A stretch of DNA of 33,000 bases, taken from contig NC_042997.1 of NCBI RefSeq assembly GCF_006345805.1, positions 201,996,001 to 202,029,000 of the forward strand, given 5' to 3'. The DNA is from Octopus sinensis. Lineage: Eukaryota. Positions 31,555 to 33,000 of this stretch are shown piece after piece. The notes under the pieces are model-generated. The model was not told where the DNA came from. It worked only from the letters and a program-made list of their open reading frames with translations, and did not search any database. The translations under genes and the position numbers were made by a program. The stretch's first letter is position 1. The number at the start of each line of letters is the position of its first letter.

Positions 31555-31812
31555 CTCCATCCAGTCCACACTGTAAAGTGGTTGGCATTTGGAAGGGCAT
31601 CCAACTGTAAAAACCATGCCAAAACCAACCTCACCTGTGCTGGTGCCACATACAATGCACTCAATCAACTCTGTGGGGTGGTTGGTTTTAGGAAGGGCAT
31701 CCAACCATAAAACCCATGCCTGTCTTCTGCCTGGCCCGCTCCTGTGAAACCATGCAACCCATGCCCGCATGGAAGGTGGATATTAAAGGATGACAATGGT
31801 GATGATGATGAA
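31555..31812 (+). mobile_element. SINE-like family D with duplicated body segment
   Basis: ggaagggcatccaac...aaaaccatgcc occurs twice (about 31591 and 31691); (GAT)n tail. Confidence 0.8.
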
Positions 31813-31927
31813 CGATGCAGTATATAATTTCTCACCTCAGCATCACAACATTGTGTCTCATTGATTAGAATAAAATCTCAAGAAGCATATTGTCAATAGA
31901 CTAGATCTATATCCAGTCTGACAATAG

Positions 31928-31963
<36 letters not shown>

Positions 31964-32082
31964 GTGTGTGTGTGCATGTATGTGTGTGTACATGAGTGCA
32001 CATGTGTGTGCATGCGTATGTGTCTGTGTGTGTGTGTACACGTGCACGTGTGTGCATGCATGTGTATGTGTGTGTGTGTGCG
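31928..32082. repeat. (TG)n and interrupted purine-pyrimidine tract
   Basis: Directly visible; source of ORFs 31858-32061, 31893-32093 and 31935-32132. Confidence 0.95.
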
Positions 32083-32109
32083 ATGACTGTCACTCTCTTT
32101 TAAGCAAAG

Positions 32110-32700
32110 TCATTACTCTTAGACATGAGTAAGACAGACGTGGCCTTTCAGTCCTTCTAGGGACCAGCACAGTTTTGCACAGATGTGGCAATACTGGGCA
32201 CCTTTTGCAGGAGGTGCTCAAAGAGCTGACCACTCATGCTGATATATGCTTTCATCTGTCATGGAATCTTTCTTTGATTGTTTTGCCTCTTTCAGCTCCA
32301 GCCAGCCATAGCATGCAACATGCAATAAAAATACTAACCATCAGACAATGTCTGTGTCCAAAAGTTTTTAAACTAAGTTGCACAGAGCCAGTCCCACTCT
32401 TTAAACACATGTAAGCATTTGCCCAAAAAGAAAAACTAGTCTACATCATTGGATGCAAATAAATTCAAGAGTTATATCAGATTTTTCCTTCTAGAGAAAT
32501 GACTAAGCAAAGGCCAAGGGTGTCTCACTCCCAGCTGTTGGATGGTCATTAATTCAACTGAGTTCATTTCACAGGTTTTTGCTTTTCACTCTGCTGGGTG
32601 TCCAATGAAAACCACCCTCCTCATGAAGCAGTTTTAGTAAGGCTACTGGTTTCATAACTGATGGTCTGACTATGGAACAGATATGTACTGGGTTACATGC
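32110..32700 (-). mobile_element. Heavily decayed RTE-like LINE 3' remnant
   Basis: Minus strand 32193-32125 reads YCHICAKLCWSLEGLKGHVCLTH (C-x2-C-x12-H-x4-H); upstream fragments SYETSSLTKT and LMTIQQLGVRHPWPLLSHFSRR resemble RTE GSETW and LRWLGHVxR. Confidence 0.45.
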
Positions 32701-32729
32701 TACTACTAATACTAAAAATGACCTGACAT

Positions 32730-32810
32730 TACACACACACACACACACTTCTCTCTCTCCTTCTCTCCTTCCCCCTCTCTCTCTCACCTTCTTTCCTCCT
32801 CCCTCTCTCT
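32730..32810. repeat. (CA)n and (CT)-rich tract
   Basis: Directly visible. Confidence 0.9.
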
Positions 32811-33000
32811 AAAATAATGCTGCAGTAATTATCATACGAGTTAATTATCAATTTTTGCAGATGGGAAAAATGGTACCAACTAAAATAATCCTGGAGAATC
32901 CATATTTCATGCATCTTCATAAACTTTCAATTTATTCCAAGTTTTTAAGGTCATTGAATTTAATATGTTCTGTTATTAAGGTCAGTGACCTTAATAACAT

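Overview
Eukaryotic, AT-rich, repeat-saturated DNA whose repeat families match what I know of Octopus genomes (inference from motif recognition, not a database search). Most of the window is non-coding. It holds about 35 copies or fragments of several SINE-like families, piggyBac-, hAT- and Tc1/mariner-type MITEs, a non-autonomous Helitron and a candidate solo LTR. It also holds decayed fragments of four non-LTR retroelement groups (CR1, Penelope-like, RTE-like, possibly R4/Dong-like) and many microsatellites. Nearly all ORFs in the supplied track are artefacts of microsatellites or repeats; only 19489-19683 and 24623-25240 carry recognisable retroelement protein remnants. Directional CpG to TpG/CpA decay in the older repeats suggests a methylated gene body, i.e. 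mostly intron. I can only offer low-confidence short exon candidates on both strands and cannot name a host gene. No tRNA, rRNA, CRISPR or clearly novel system is demonstrable. The most interesting signals are structural: a hairpin-unit tandem array inside one SINE family, modular SINE shuffling, several inverted-repeat arrangements that could form dsRNA, and nested transposons.
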